Of a DNA stretch of 64,000 bases, positions 27,426 to 37,239 are shown piece by piece. The stretch lies in the IMG/VR virus record IMGVR_UViG_3300042013_000067, positions 1 to 64,000 of that record. One strand, written 5' to 3'. The number at the start of each line of letters is the position of its first letter. Position 1 is the stretch's first letter. Source of the DNA: a virus (lineage: Duplodnaviria; Caudoviricetes). The notes beneath the pieces were generated by a model that was not told the DNA's origin, did not search any database, and was given only the letters and a program-made list of their open reading frames with translations. The position numbers and the translations under genes were made by a program.

Positions 27426-28898
27426 ATGGGTGTTAGCCTTCAGTGTGTTGACCATGACGTTGTGTTTAACAACCTTCCTTACGAACCGTTGATGGTGAAC
27501 TCGCTCGACACCTCCACACCGGAGAAACTGATCGAGTTCAAGCGTCACATCTACAGCCATTACAACAACAGCGACACGATCGAAGAATCGGCCGCATGTA
27601 CGTGCAAGAAGATAACTGACGTTGAGAAGATCGGTACGTATTGTCCCGACTGTCATACGAAGGTTGAAGGTAGCAACGAACGTCCAATCGTGCCGAGCAT
27701 GTGGATGGAAGCGCCAGAAGGCGTAACCAGCATGATCAGTCCACACCTGTGGATTATCTTGGACAGTAATACCACGACGAAGGAGTTCAACTTCCTTCGT
27801 TACCTGACGGACACGAAGTACAAGTTCGTCTTCGAGCGCCTGAGTTCTAAGGAAACCAAGCGTAAGGTAGAGCGCCTGCTAGCTAAGAATTTCGAACGTG
27901 GGTTGAATGCGTTCATTCGGGACTTCGACCAGATCGTCGAGTTCTTCTTTCAGGCGAATATCATCGATAAGAACAAAGCCGAGTTGGCAGCGTTCATCAG
28001 CAATAACAAGCATTGCTTCTTTCCGCAGGTGTTGCCACTGCCATCACGCGTGTGCATGGTTGTTGAATCCACCACCAGCGGTACCTACATCGATAAGCCA
28101 ATCCTCCTTGCGGTGGACGCTGCTCTGTCGATGGCTTCGATCAGCTCTTCGAACTTTAAGCTCAAACAGATCGAGGTTCAGAATATCACTGCTCAGTCGA
28201 TTGCGACCCTGAGCATGTTCCACCAGATTTACGACAAGGAACGGCTGGCTCGTAAGCCGGGACTGATCCGCCGTCACGTATTGGCCAGTAGTTTGTACCT
28301 GACCGGACGTAACGTGATCACGTCGATTTCTAAGCCGCACAACTACGAGCAGATTGAACTGCCGTGGGGTATGGCGGTGCAGTTGTTCAAGTACCACATT
28401 ATCTCCAAGTTGTTCAGACGGGGCTACACGGCCAACAAAGCGTTGAACGTGGTTTATAGCAACGTACTGAATGACGTGCCTAACCCGCTGTTGGTGGAGA
28501 TCTTCGATGAGCTGATCCGCGAGTCGAATGGTGGGCGTGGTCCTGCGTGCATCTTTGGTCGTAACCCGACCTTGCAACGTGGTTCGACGCAGATGTTCTA
28601 CATCGGCACGATCAAAACGAATACCCGCGACAATACCATCTCGATGTCTGTGTTGTGCCTGAAAGCACCTAACGCCGACTTCGACGGTGACCAACTCAAC
28701 CTTACCTTGCTGACTGATAACCAGTTGACACAGGCGGCGTCGCGTCTCGCACCCCACCTGTGGGTGTGGTCGTTGGATACACCGCATGAGATCTCTGGTA
28801 ACCTAGAAATCCAAGGGCCGGTTATTGAGACGGCTGCTAACTGGATTACACGGTCACGTCTGAAAGCCAAGGCCAAACGAGAAGGCGTAATGGCATGA
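27426..28898 (+). CDS. non-virion RNA polymerase beta' N-terminal subunit (phiKZ gp55-like)
   Basis: catalytic NADFDGD motif, RNPTL, N-terminal CxC...CxxC zinc site. Confidence 0.9.
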   Translation: MGVSLQCVDHDVVFNNLPYEPLMVNSLDTSTPEKLIEFKRHIYSHYNNSDTIEESAACTCKKITDVEKIGTYCPDCHTKVEGSNERPIVPSMWMEAPEGVTSMISPHLWIILDSNTTTKEFNFLRYLTDTKYKFVFERLSSKETKRKVERLLAKNFERGLNAFIRDFDQIVEFFFQANIIDKNKAELAAFISNNKHCFFPQVLPLPSRVCMVVESTTSGTYIDKPILLAVDAALSMASISSSNFKLKQIEVQNITAQSIATLSMFHQIYDKERLARKPGLIRRHVLASSLYLTGRNVITSISKPHNYEQIELPWGMAVQLFKYHIISKLFRRGYTANKALNVVYSNVLNDVPNPLLVEIFDELIRESNGGRGPACIFGRNPTLQRGSTQMFYIGTIKTNTRDNTISMSVLCLKAPNADFDGDQLNLTLLTDNQLTQAASRLAPHLWVWSLDTPHEISGNLEIQGPVIETAANWITRSRLKAKAKREGVMA

Positions 28899-29506
28899 GT
28901 GGATTTGCTGTATCTGGCGGGGATATCATTGATGTCTTCGCTGGAGGACACCTCGACAACAACACGATGGATTGGCTAGGGCAGCGTAACGACGCCGTCC
29001 TATCCACCGTCACCACTGTGGCAAGAGAGTTCTTCAACCAAGCACAGAGCCTGTATCAAATGGTGTCGTCGTCTGATGCAATGATGATGATGCGTAACCT
29101 CAAGGCCAAATCTGAAAACACTTGGGCGTTCGATATCGTTCCGATTACAACGCTTGAGGGTCTACAGACAGCCAACCCGTACATGCAACGTTGGGTTATG
29201 GCACAACCTGAGTTGCGACAGCGCTACCTTAACCAAGAGGTTGAGGGTTACGGTGAGTCGTATAAGAACTACCATGGCAATGCCGTGGGTGAAGCTCACT
29301 ACGATTATCGCCGCGTGATGGACGGGGTAGTAACGTATGACGAGAAGTCATTCGGCTTTAAAGAGTATCACGAGTATATCCCTGAGGGTGAACGTGAACT
29401 TACTGTGTTCGAGAAGGTCGACATTCTGAAGATCTGGAACACCGTGAACTACTATCTCGATCAGGGCGAAGAAGATCCGACATCCGTTGTGGGTGCCATG
29501 CTCTAA
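28895..29506 (+). CDS. conserved Chimalliviridae protein
   Basis: 203 aa, ATGA overlap. Confidence 0.7.
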   Translation: MSGFAVSGGDIIDVFAGGHLDNNTMDWLGQRNDAVLSTVTTVAREFFNQAQSLYQMVSSSDAMMMMRNLKAKSENTWAFDIVPITTLEGLQTANPYMQRWVMAQPELRQRYLNQEVEGYGESYKNYHGNAVGEAHYDYRRVMDGVVTYDEKSFGFKEYHEYIPEGERELTVFEKVDILKIWNTVNYYLDQGEEDPTSVVGAML

Positions 29507-29511
29507 CCCCC

Positions 29512-29543
29512 AGAGCCGCCCCTAACCGGGCGGCTCTTATTCC
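29512..29543 (+). terminator. hairpin after gene
   Basis: AGAGCCGCCC-CTAACC-GGGCGGCTCT-TATTCC. Confidence 0.6.
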
Positions 29544-29555
29544 GAGTCGAACAAC

Positions 29556-29903
29556 ATGACATATCTCCTAGAGAAAAACGATAAAGGCTTCTACGAAATT
29601 GATGGCCGCAAAACCCTACTGTTAGTTGAACAGGACGGTGTGGTTATTAAAGCATACGAAGAAAACCCACTCTCAGCCACCTTCGCCATCGGTGATAAGA
29701 ACTACTTCATCGAAAACGCTTTCTTGGAAGTTGGTATCCAAGAAGTGAGTGAGCTGACTTACAACGATGCTGGTGCCATCACTCACCATAAGCATCTCCA
29801 CCAACTGGAGATCCCTAAGGATCATCCAATCACCAAGTTTCTTTTCGTATCTGGAGTATCCCTGCACGATGAGCCTTACAACGAAAACAGTACCAACGTT
29901 TAA
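29556..29903 (+). CDS. hypothetical protein
   Basis: 115-aa ORF. Confidence 0.55.
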   Translation: MTYLLEKNDKGFYEIDGRKTLLLVEQDGVVIKAYEENPLSATFAIGDKNYFIENAFLEVGIQEVSELTYNDAGAITHHKHLHQLEIPKDHPITKFLFVSGVSLHDEPYNENSTNV

Positions 29904-30213
29904 CCTCGTCAACTCAAGTAAGATCTATCACTGGAATGGTCACCCGGTCTTACTGAAAGTAGAAGTTAAAGGAGTACGGTTCTGGACACAGGCTACCGAA
30001 GCACTTTACGTGGATTTCCTATTAGGTGATGTCGAACATCGCTTAGTAGCCCAGACTGATGAGACATTCACCGATGTCCATGTGGTCTGGATGGGCCACC
30101 GTCCAAATGGCCATGATTGGGAACAGTTGGAAACGGTATCGATTCCTAAAGGATACTCCATCCTTTCGTTTCTCAATGTTGATGGCAAACCTCTTTCGCA
30201 GTACAAACCGTAA
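29869..30213 (+). CDS. hypothetical protein
   Basis: GGAG RBS before ATG 29869. Confidence 0.55.
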   Translation: MSLTTKTVPTFNLVNSSKIYHWNGHPVLLKVEVKGVRFWTQATEALYVDFLLGDVEHRLVAQTDETFTDVHVVWMGHRPNGHDWEQLETVSIPKGYSILSFLNVDGKPLSQYKP

Positions 30214-30240
30214 AACCCAACCTGTAAGGAATGCAATAAC

Positions 30241-31125
30241 ATGAAAAAATTGTTCCTCGCTCTGACCATGATGGCGTCATGCTCTGTGATGGCCGCTCCT
30301 CCGCTGACGGTGTGTACCGGTGGTCCCGGTGGTGCCTATGAAGCCTTGGGTAAAGAGATCGGTAAAGCGATTGTCGATAAGGTCAAGGTCACCAGCCCGA
30401 CTGAATTGGTCGTACTGAACACCGGTGGTTCCGTGGAGAACGCCCAGCGCGTAACCAATCGCACTTGCGCCATGGCTATCATGCAAGGTGACGCAGTCGC
30501 CAGCCGCGGTCTGCCGCGCGATATCAAGGTCACCAATGCTCACGAGGAAGTGATCTACTGGATCCACGGCAAAGGTGGTTTGAAGGACTTCGCTGATATC
30601 AGCAAGCCCGAGAACAAGAACCTGGGTATCGCTATCGTTAACGGCTCCGGTGCTCAGATTACCATCGAGAACTTCGGTGCTACGGACGAGGACTACAAAG
30701 ACCTCAACCTGATGCCGTTCGAAGACTGGGAATACGCAGCTGAAGCAGCGGCCAATGGCCAGACTCGTTCTGCTGGTAAAGAAGTGAAAATCGCCGGTAT
30801 GCTTTACGTGGGTCGCGCTGGTTTCTTGCCGGGCGCAATCACCAACGACTACAGCCAAGACCTGACTGTGGGTGAGATCAACGAATCCAACTTCGCCAAG
30901 GCCATGGACTACAACGGTACCCAGCTCTATACCGAGTGCGAAATCCAGAAGAGCGATACCGGTCCTCTGAAAGTTGATACCTACCTGAAGCCTGATACCC
31001 TGTGCATGCGTGCTCAAGTGGTGTTCAACAACGATTACGTGAACGCTATGGCCGATACCGACCAACGAGCAATGCGCAAAGCGGTCATGCAAGGCACCAG
31101 CCAGGTTCTGCGTAACAGCCGCTAA
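30241..31125 (+). CDS. secreted TAXI-family TRAP solute-binding-like protein
   Basis: signal peptide; TGGPGGAY, NTGGSVENA, AIMQGDA, EEVIYWI, SGAQIT match TAXI receptor motifs. Confidence 0.7.
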   Translation: MKKLFLALTMMASCSVMAAPPLTVCTGGPGGAYEALGKEIGKAIVDKVKVTSPTELVVLNTGGSVENAQRVTNRTCAMAIMQGDAVASRGLPRDIKVTNAHEEVIYWIHGKGGLKDFADISKPENKNLGIAIVNGSGAQITIENFGATDEDYKDLNLMPFEDWEYAAEAAANGQTRSAGKEVKIAGMLYVGRAGFLPGAITNDYSQDLTVGEINESNFAKAMDYNGTQLYTECEIQKSDTGPLKVDTYLKPDTLCMRAQVVFNNDYVNAMADTDQRAMRKAVMQGTSQVLRNSR

Positions 31126-31128
31126 CAC

Positions 31129-31165
31129 GGCATAGGGGCGGTCCTACGGGACCGCTTCTTTTTTT
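31129..31165 (+). terminator. CATA-hairpin-T tract terminator
   Basis: GGCATAGGG-GCGGTCC-TACG-GGACCGC-TTCTTTTTTT. Confidence 0.75.
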
Positions 31166-31215
31166 CTTTGTTTTGGTTTCGTGAGTAATCGGATGTATTT
31201 ACTCGGAGGTGCTCA

Positions 31216-31620
31216 ATGCCCACCTACATCCCCACCATGTCCACCATCGGTTGGATTGGTACGCCTCACGAAAAAGCAGCGTACATGATCGCTACCTTTA
31301 TTGCCGCCAACTACTCACAGTCTACGGCAATGTACGGAAAAATCACCACGCTTCAATATCTAGTGAAGAAATACGCCCAGCGCCTTTCCGATCTAGAGAA
31401 CGAGCTGAGCATTTTGTTTGAAGCAAAGGTCAACGCGACCTTCCCCAACTCAGCTACCTCACATGTACTCGTTCGACAAACGAGCGAGGACAATCCGGCT
31501 ATTTACTCCATCTCTCTTTCTTGCGAGATCACGGAGAATGGTCGGGTTTACACGATCGGTAAGCTGGTTCAATTTAACGGATCAGTAATGGTCAAGATTT
31601 CGGATATTGCAAATGGCTGA
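31216..31620 (+). CDS. conserved Chimalliviridae protein
   Basis: 134 aa, GGAGG RBS. Confidence 0.65.
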   Translation: MPTYIPTMSTIGWIGTPHEKAAYMIATFIAANYSQSTAMYGKITTLQYLVKKYAQRLSDLENELSILFEAKVNATFPNSATSHVLVRQTSEDNPAIYSISLSCEITENGRVYTIGKLVQFNGSVMVKISDIANG

Positions 31621-32098
31621 TGAAGCGAACAAAGAAATAGCAGCACTGGAAGCACCAGTAGAGCGACCAGCGGGTAATACTGCTGAACGCCTGTTCCGTC
31701 TGGAACAAATGAATGGTGCTCTCCAGAAGCGGATTGAATTTCTGGAAGAAAACCAAACAAAGAACCCACTGTTGATCCGTGAAGAAGCGATGCGTCTGCT
31801 CGGCCTGACCTTTTGCAGCATCGGTGAGCAATTGCTGACCGGCGCTACCAGCTGCCACACTTACAAAGCGGTGGTCGTCAGTGACGAACAACCAATCAAC
31901 GATCAGAGCTTCTATGCTCGCCGTGTAGACCCAACTAACCCAGGGCTGTGGGCTTATCATGTGCTGCAAGGCGGACAGGCTGTGGACGTGATCCTAGAGC
32001 GTCTGGCTGAACCAATGCGTGTGGCGATTAAAACACTGGTCGCCAGCATCCCAGCAGATGTCGAGTCTGTCGCATTCAACGTTTACAAAGCGTCGTAA
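31607..32098 (+). CDS. hypothetical protein with N-terminal coiled coil
   Basis: 163 aa; start may be ATG 31613. Confidence 0.65.
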   Translation: MQMADEANKEIAALEAPVERPAGNTAERLFRLEQMNGALQKRIEFLEENQTKNPLLIREEAMRLLGLTFCSIGEQLLTGATSCHTYKAVVVSDEQPINDQSFYARRVDPTNPGLWAYHVLQGGQAVDVILERLAEPMRVAIKTLVASIPADVESVAFNVYKAS

Positions 32099-32108
32099 GG
32101 AGGTTTGT

Positions 32109-32708
32109 ATGTCGGGCGAAGAAGAAGGTAGCTTGGACTACAGCGCGTTGCTGCTGGGTAATTCCATGGAAACCATCTTGGAATCTACCGAGGCCGAGAT
32201 CCCACGCATTCCTGAGTCTCGCTTCATTAATGAAGTGCTGCCTCTGTTGGAACGGCCGTTCTACCATTCGTCGATGGTGTTGTACACACGGTACGTCAAA
32301 GAACTGACCAATGCTCTGCGGGTGCATGCTGACGGTGAGCCACAGAACATCCTGTTTGAAGTACCTCCCTTCATTCAGACTACCGGTGTAACACTGCCGG
32401 TTAAAGGTGCTCCTACCACCGACACCACACTGCGCAACATCTATATTGAAGCAGACCGTGGTGTGGATGTGAACCCGATTGTGGCTTCGTTCATGTCGAA
32501 GATCACCCACCGTCCGAATCTGCGTGAAACACTACTGGACCCGCTCAAGGCAATCTTGGCGCGCTACGGTCGTGTGATCGACATCTCGGATGAAAAGAAC
32601 CAGATCGACACACCAGAGCTGGCAGCAGCCAAAGCCGCGGCAGCAGCGCCGGGTGTGCCTGCAACCCTTCCAGCGGGCGACAGTAGTTTCACCGGCGAGT
32701 ACGAATAA
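32109..32708 (+). CDS. conserved hypothetical protein
   Basis: AGGAGG RBS before ATG 32109. Confidence 0.65.
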   Translation: MSGEEEGSLDYSALLLGNSMETILESTEAEIPRIPESRFINEVLPLLERPFYHSSMVLYTRYVKELTNALRVHADGEPQNILFEVPPFIQTTGVTLPVKGAPTTDTTLRNIYIEADRGVDVNPIVASFMSKITHRPNLRETLLDPLKAILARYGRVIDISDEKNQIDTPELAAAKAAAAAPGVPATLPAGDSSFTGEYE

Positions 32709-32713
32709 CGCCT

Positions 32714-33871
32714 ATGAAAACAGCCAACTGTAAGCGACCTGGTTGGTTTCGTTGTGCGAGTTTCGGGGATGTCCATCTTGGGCATCCCAATACGTCGACG
32801 GAACACATCATCCGCAACTTGGTACAGTACATCCATGAAGATCTGATTAAAGATCTGGACATGCTGATCATCGAGGGCGACCTGTTCGACAGGCTGTTAA
32901 ACAGTGCAGACGACAACATCTTCCGTATCCAGCGTTGGGCCACCCAGTTGATGTGGTGGTGTGCTAAACATGGCACCATGCTGGATATTGTTGAAGGAAC
33001 TCCGTCGCATGACTGGTTCCAGTGCAAGTTCTTTGTCGAACAGAAACAGAACGCCGAGATCCCGGTCGATCTGTATTACTCTAAAGGCCTCTCGATTCGT
33101 TACATCGAGCGGTTTGATATGCACGTCCTGTATGTACCGGACCACTGCTTACCACACCCAGACGATATCCTCAAGGAAACGCGTCTGCAAATGGCTAAGC
33201 TGGGGATTACCCAGGTGGACTTCGCGGTCATGCACGGTGCATTCACCTATCAGTATCCGGTTGTGGTGGTTGAGCCCACCCACGATGAGCAAACCTATTT
33301 GGACTTGGTGCGGTATTTCATCTTCATTGGCCATGTCCATCAATCCTCTCAACATGAACGCATTCTAGCCGCCGGCTCTTTCGATCGTCTAAACCATGGC
33401 GACGAAGGTTATAAGGGCTTTTATGACGTCAGTGTGCAAGAGGATGGGACTCATCGCATCACCTTCGTTATCAACCATCACGCTAAGCGGTACGATACCC
33501 TCGACTGCCGCAATGCTGATATCAAAGACATCAACGTCAAAGTACAAAAGCATATGGAGGGGCTGCGTAAAGGCAGTAGTATCCGTTTGCGGTGCTACCA
33601 AGGCGATCCTGCGGTTGCCTATGTGGATGTACTGAAGCGGGAATACGCCGAGTTCGAATGGGTTAACCCTGTGGTCGACGATGTTAAGTCGAAGACCAAG
33701 AAGTCGGTGGTGGATGTGCTAGCGAATATCGACATGTCTACCTTCACCGCTATCAACGATCAAACCCTGCTCCCGTTACTCCGGCCAGAACTGGAGAAAC
33801 ATTCCAAGGATCCAGTGGAAATAGAACGCTGCCTCCGGCATGCGGATAACTTCTTATTAGAGGCTGCTTGA
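32714..33871 (+). CDS. SbcD/Mre11-like metallophosphoesterase nuclease
   Basis: GDVHLG, GDLFD, GTPSHD, MHG, GHVH motifs. Confidence 0.85.
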   Translation: MKTANCKRPGWFRCASFGDVHLGHPNTSTEHIIRNLVQYIHEDLIKDLDMLIIEGDLFDRLLNSADDNIFRIQRWATQLMWWCAKHGTMLDIVEGTPSHDWFQCKFFVEQKQNAEIPVDLYYSKGLSIRYIERFDMHVLYVPDHCLPHPDDILKETRLQMAKLGITQVDFAVMHGAFTYQYPVVVVEPTHDEQTYLDLVRYFIFIGHVHQSSQHERILAAGSFDRLNHGDEGYKGFYDVSVQEDGTHRITFVINHHAKRYDTLDCRNADIKDINVKVQKHMEGLRKGSSIRLRCYQGDPAVAYVDVLKREYAEFEWVNPVVDDVKSKTKKSVVDVLANIDMSTFTAINDQTLLPLLRPELEKHSKDPVEIERCLRHADNFLLEAA

Positions 33872-33872
33872 T

Positions 33873-34706
33873 ATGCTGGCGATCGATCGTGAGATGGGTA
33901 AAAAGCTCCCGCTCTCTATCGGGACGTCTTTTGCGTTAGAAGGCTTGTTGGGGATCCATGAGGGCAACCCCCATCAGCCTGCTGGCCACAAAGGTATCAC
34001 CACTTTGTGGATCAACATTCGGACACTGGTGCGCAATTATCGAGAGGCTGTGAAAACAGCTGACCGTGACCGCCTCCGTTACGATGAAGCCGCACTCAAC
34101 ATCCTGACAGAGATGCAGGCGATCCCTGAGATCCTGCGTCAAGCCAACCGCAAGATTGATGTGGTGTTTTATCATCAGGCGATCGAGGACATTAAACAGC
34201 AGTTCTCGAACGCCACTTTTAAAGCACCCAAGACCGACCTCCAACACGCGGCAGCGACTTATGAGACGCTGACGATTCGCTTACTGCTGGCAGAGTGTGT
34301 AAACGCTAAGCTGCCAGTACAGCAAATACGCAGACAACCCACGCCGTCACATGCTGTGGCGGCAATCATCACACACTACCCAAAGGACTTGTTCTGGAAG
34401 GGGTGTTTCGAACGTCTGTTCTTGTTGGAGTCGCACACCGGTCGGTTGAAGACATACGTCGACTGGTATACCAAACTCAACGGGATCAAATCCGATAACC
34501 CGGTTCCCCTGAACGAGTTTACTATTCAGGTGTTTGGGGATAGCTATTTGTTCGATGGTCAAGATCAGAAGATCAAGGCCGAGCTGCGAGAACTGGCCCG
34601 CGTTAGACGCTGGAACGGGACCACCAGCATGAGCAAGGTATCGACAGACATCCTGAGTAACGGGAGTGTCCTCTTGAAGGAGACGTACCGAAAACTGCTA
34701 CCGTGA
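33873..34706 (+). CDS. conserved Chimalliviridae protein
   Basis: 277 aa; synteny. Confidence 0.65.
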   Translation: MLAIDREMGKKLPLSIGTSFALEGLLGIHEGNPHQPAGHKGITTLWINIRTLVRNYREAVKTADRDRLRYDEAALNILTEMQAIPEILRQANRKIDVVFYHQAIEDIKQQFSNATFKAPKTDLQHAAATYETLTIRLLLAECVNAKLPVQQIRRQPTPSHAVAAIITHYPKDLFWKGCFERLFLLESHTGRLKTYVDWYTKLNGIKSDNPVPLNEFTIQVFGDSYLFDGQDQKIKAELRELARVRRWNGTTSMSKVSTDILSNGSVLLKETYRKLLP

Positions 34707-34795
34707 ATAAATACTCCAGCACTTAATCATACGTGCACACTTACCGCCGACTACGACTGACCGTATGTCCTCTTGAAGTAAAGGAATCGATTCCA

Positions 34796-35548
34796 ATGAA
34801 CCAACCCGCTCGCCCTGCACTCGACCCGAATATCCTCGACGTAATGTCTAACTGGCTCTTCACCGATCCAGTACCGGGATCTTCGAAGCGTCCAAACTTC
34901 CGCGTCAAAGTGTTGGGCAACGTCCCACGCATCTCGGTCAAGACTAACGTCGAAAACGACAAGCAGTTCGGCAAGATCGACTTCCAAACCGATCTGGCGA
35001 CCTGGGGTACTATCATCGCACTGGCCAATGACATGGCTGAAGGCCGTGATGACAGCGACGGTTACAACTGGGATTACAAGGATGACTTCCTTGCCGGTAA
35101 GAAGCTCGATCGTGAAATGGTTCTGTCCACCCTGCAAATCGGGCGTGACCGTGAATCCGGCCGTATGTACATCTCGGTGCTGTCCAGCGACAAATCCCGT
35201 CCGCGCATCCAGTTCTGGTTCGGCCCTACCAAGTACCACGACATCCGTCACCGCGACGGTAGCCCACTGTTGCCGAAGAAGCTGTCCGAGTCGTTTGCTC
35301 GCGGCTTCCTGAAGCCAATCAGTGATCTGGTCACCCACCTGCTCATCACCACTTTCAACCCTGATGCCAAGAACGTGGCCAAGGCGATGGTTCCAGGCGG
35401 TGGCGGTGGTAATAACTACCAGCAGGGTGGCCGTGGCGGTAACAACTACGGTGGCGGCAATTCGGGCGGTGGCAACAACTACGGTGGCGGCGGTCAATCT
35501 CGCCCTCCGGCTAACGATGCCGTTGACTTCGACGACTTCGTGATGTAA
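34796..35548 (+). CDS. chmC: ChmC-like nucleus-associated nucleic-acid-binding protein with Gly/Asn-rich tail
   Basis: directly upstream of gp68-like gene; C-terminal GGNNY repeats and acidic end; AAGGA RBS before ATG 34796. Confidence 0.7.
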   Translation: MNQPARPALDPNILDVMSNWLFTDPVPGSSKRPNFRVKVLGNVPRISVKTNVENDKQFGKIDFQTDLATWGTIIALANDMAEGRDDSDGYNWDYKDDFLAGKKLDREMVLSTLQIGRDRESGRMYISVLSSDKSRPRIQFWFGPTKYHDIRHRDGSPLLPKKLSESFARGFLKPISDLVTHLLITTFNPDAKNVAKAMVPGGGGGNNYQQGGRGGNNYGGGNSGGGNNYGGGGQSRPPANDAVDFDDFVM

Positions 35549-35551
35549 GCA

Positions 35552-35590
35552 GCATAAGTCCCAGGGGTGCAAACCCCTGGGCTTTATAAC
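35552..35590 (+). terminator. CATA-hairpin element
   Basis: GCATAAGT-CCCAGGGG-TGCAAA-CCCCTGGG-CTTTATAA. Confidence 0.65.
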
Positions 35591-35619
35591 CTGTCGATAA
35601 ATTGGAGTTAATTTAAGAC

Positions 35620-35628
35620 ATATATCAT
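35620..35628 (+). promoter_or_regulatory. candidate early promoter
   Basis: TTTAAGAC-ATATATCAT. Confidence 0.6.
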
Positions 35629-35665
35629 CTTCGTGCATTAGTCCAACCATCCACAAGGAGCTATA

Positions 35666-37225
35666 ATGAAACTTGAGGTTTCGCGAGTCCAGAGCACTGG
35701 TTTCGTCGAAGTACGGGCCAGCCATAAAAATGAAGATCCACTGATCTGGGCTGCTGGTGCGTACGGCAAAGTTCGTTTGGCGGATCCGACTGCGGTCTTC
35801 AATGAAATCAATGCATATTGGGCCACGTGCCCAGAAGAGGTCCTTGACGGTATTTGGGCATGTTACGTTGGTATCCATGCGGTAACTCGCTCGGTCACCG
35901 ATAGCTTTTATGTCGCTCAGTCCATCCGGTTCTATGTGAACAAGATGTACAGCCTGATGCCGATGGAATCGTTCAAACACTGGCTGCTGATTTATGGCAA
36001 CCTGCATGTGCCGACCGAGATCCAAGACAGCATCACCGAAGGCAGTCGTTACACCGATGAAGGTCAGACCTATCTGAAGTCCGACTACATCAATCTGGCG
36101 ATCTTCAGTTTGGCTATCCGGCCAATGCTGCCGATCTGGGGCTCTTACATCGATCTGATTCAGGACAACCAAAAAGGCAAAGAGCTGGATGCCTTGGGTT
36201 TGATTCTGGATACAGAATTGGTGGACTGGCCGGCTGAGCTTACGGTTTACGACAAGCTGCAACGTTACATCGATGAACGCATCAGTGACAACAGCATCAG
36301 CATGGCGAGTACTTGGAAGGGCTTGAGTTCTTCTGAGATTCCGAAGTTGATTCTGGCGAAAGTGATCGTCCGCCGGTTGACCATTGCGGTGATGTGTGAT
36401 CCACAGGCTACCAGTATCATCTCCAGTGTGCACTGGTACATCCGCTATTGCTTGAACCCAGCTGATCGCACCACAGCTGAACGGGTAAACGATAAGAAGA
36501 TCGACTCCAAGTCTGGTGAAGACGACGATAAGACCAGCTTCATCGATGCCCACAAAATCAAACAGAAGGTTGTCATCGGTGACGCGACGACTTTCGAAGA
36601 AGACGCAATGCGGCCTGCGTTGCTGGCACAAGAAGTAGACCCGACGATTGACTTGGGTTTGCTGGAACAGTGCTTGGCGTGCATTCCGAAGGTTGAAGAC
36701 TACCCGCTTGAAGTACACCAGAAGCGGTTGGCCCAATGGGTCATGGCTAAAGCCTTCAGCGCCAAAGCGTATCCACACATCGACAAGCCGTATCTGCACA
36801 ACCTCATCGCCACTACCCAAGCGTTACTGTGGCACTGGGGCTTCATCGACATCGCGTTGATCATGCAAACCTCGCGGTATGTTGAAGAAGGCATTACCGG
36901 CACCAGCTTACCGATTGCAACCAAGAGCTGGCCACGTATCCAACCCAAGTATAAGGAAGAGTTGAATGTAGCCTTTCCCTACTTGAAGCCCATGCGTCCC
37001 CGTCCAGGCGATAGTAACCCCAACGAACGGCATACTAACTACACAATCATCGCGATCACGAACATTACGACCGAGATCCGTTCGGCCAATTGGGTTTACC
37101 ACGGGCCTAAGGCGTTGTGGAATGTCAGTGACCAGCCAAAAGGTCACAACATCATTGCAATGCCTCAGCACTTCAAGAACTTACTAACGGACATGACTTT
37201 GCATCTTGCAAAGATCAACCAGTAA
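35666..37225 (+). CDS. non-virion RNAP sigma-like subunit (phiKZ gp68-like)
   Basis: 519 aa; synteny ChmC-gp68-PicA; AAGGAG RBS. Confidence 0.75.
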   Translation: MKLEVSRVQSTGFVEVRASHKNEDPLIWAAGAYGKVRLADPTAVFNEINAYWATCPEEVLDGIWACYVGIHAVTRSVTDSFYVAQSIRFYVNKMYSLMPMESFKHWLLIYGNLHVPTEIQDSITEGSRYTDEGQTYLKSDYINLAIFSLAIRPMLPIWGSYIDLIQDNQKGKELDALGLILDTELVDWPAELTVYDKLQRYIDERISDNSISMASTWKGLSSSEIPKLILAKVIVRRLTIAVMCDPQATSIISSVHWYIRYCLNPADRTTAERVNDKKIDSKSGEDDDKTSFIDAHKIKQKVVIGDATTFEEDAMRPALLAQEVDPTIDLGLLEQCLACIPKVEDYPLEVHQKRLAQWVMAKAFSAKAYPHIDKPYLHNLIATTQALLWHWGFIDIALIMQTSRYVEEGITGTSLPIATKSWPRIQPKYKEELNVAFPYLKPMRPRPGDSNPNERHTNYTIIAITNITTEIRSANWVYHGPKALWNVSDQPKGHNIIAMPQHFKNLLTDMTLHLAKINQ

Positions 37226-37239
37226 CATCGGAGAACACC

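Noticed and set aside
25404-27746. 780-aa minus-strand ORF
   Set aside because: Antisense shadow of chimallin
34751-36820. 689-aa minus-strand ORF
   Set aside because: Antisense shadow spanning chmC and the gp68-like gene
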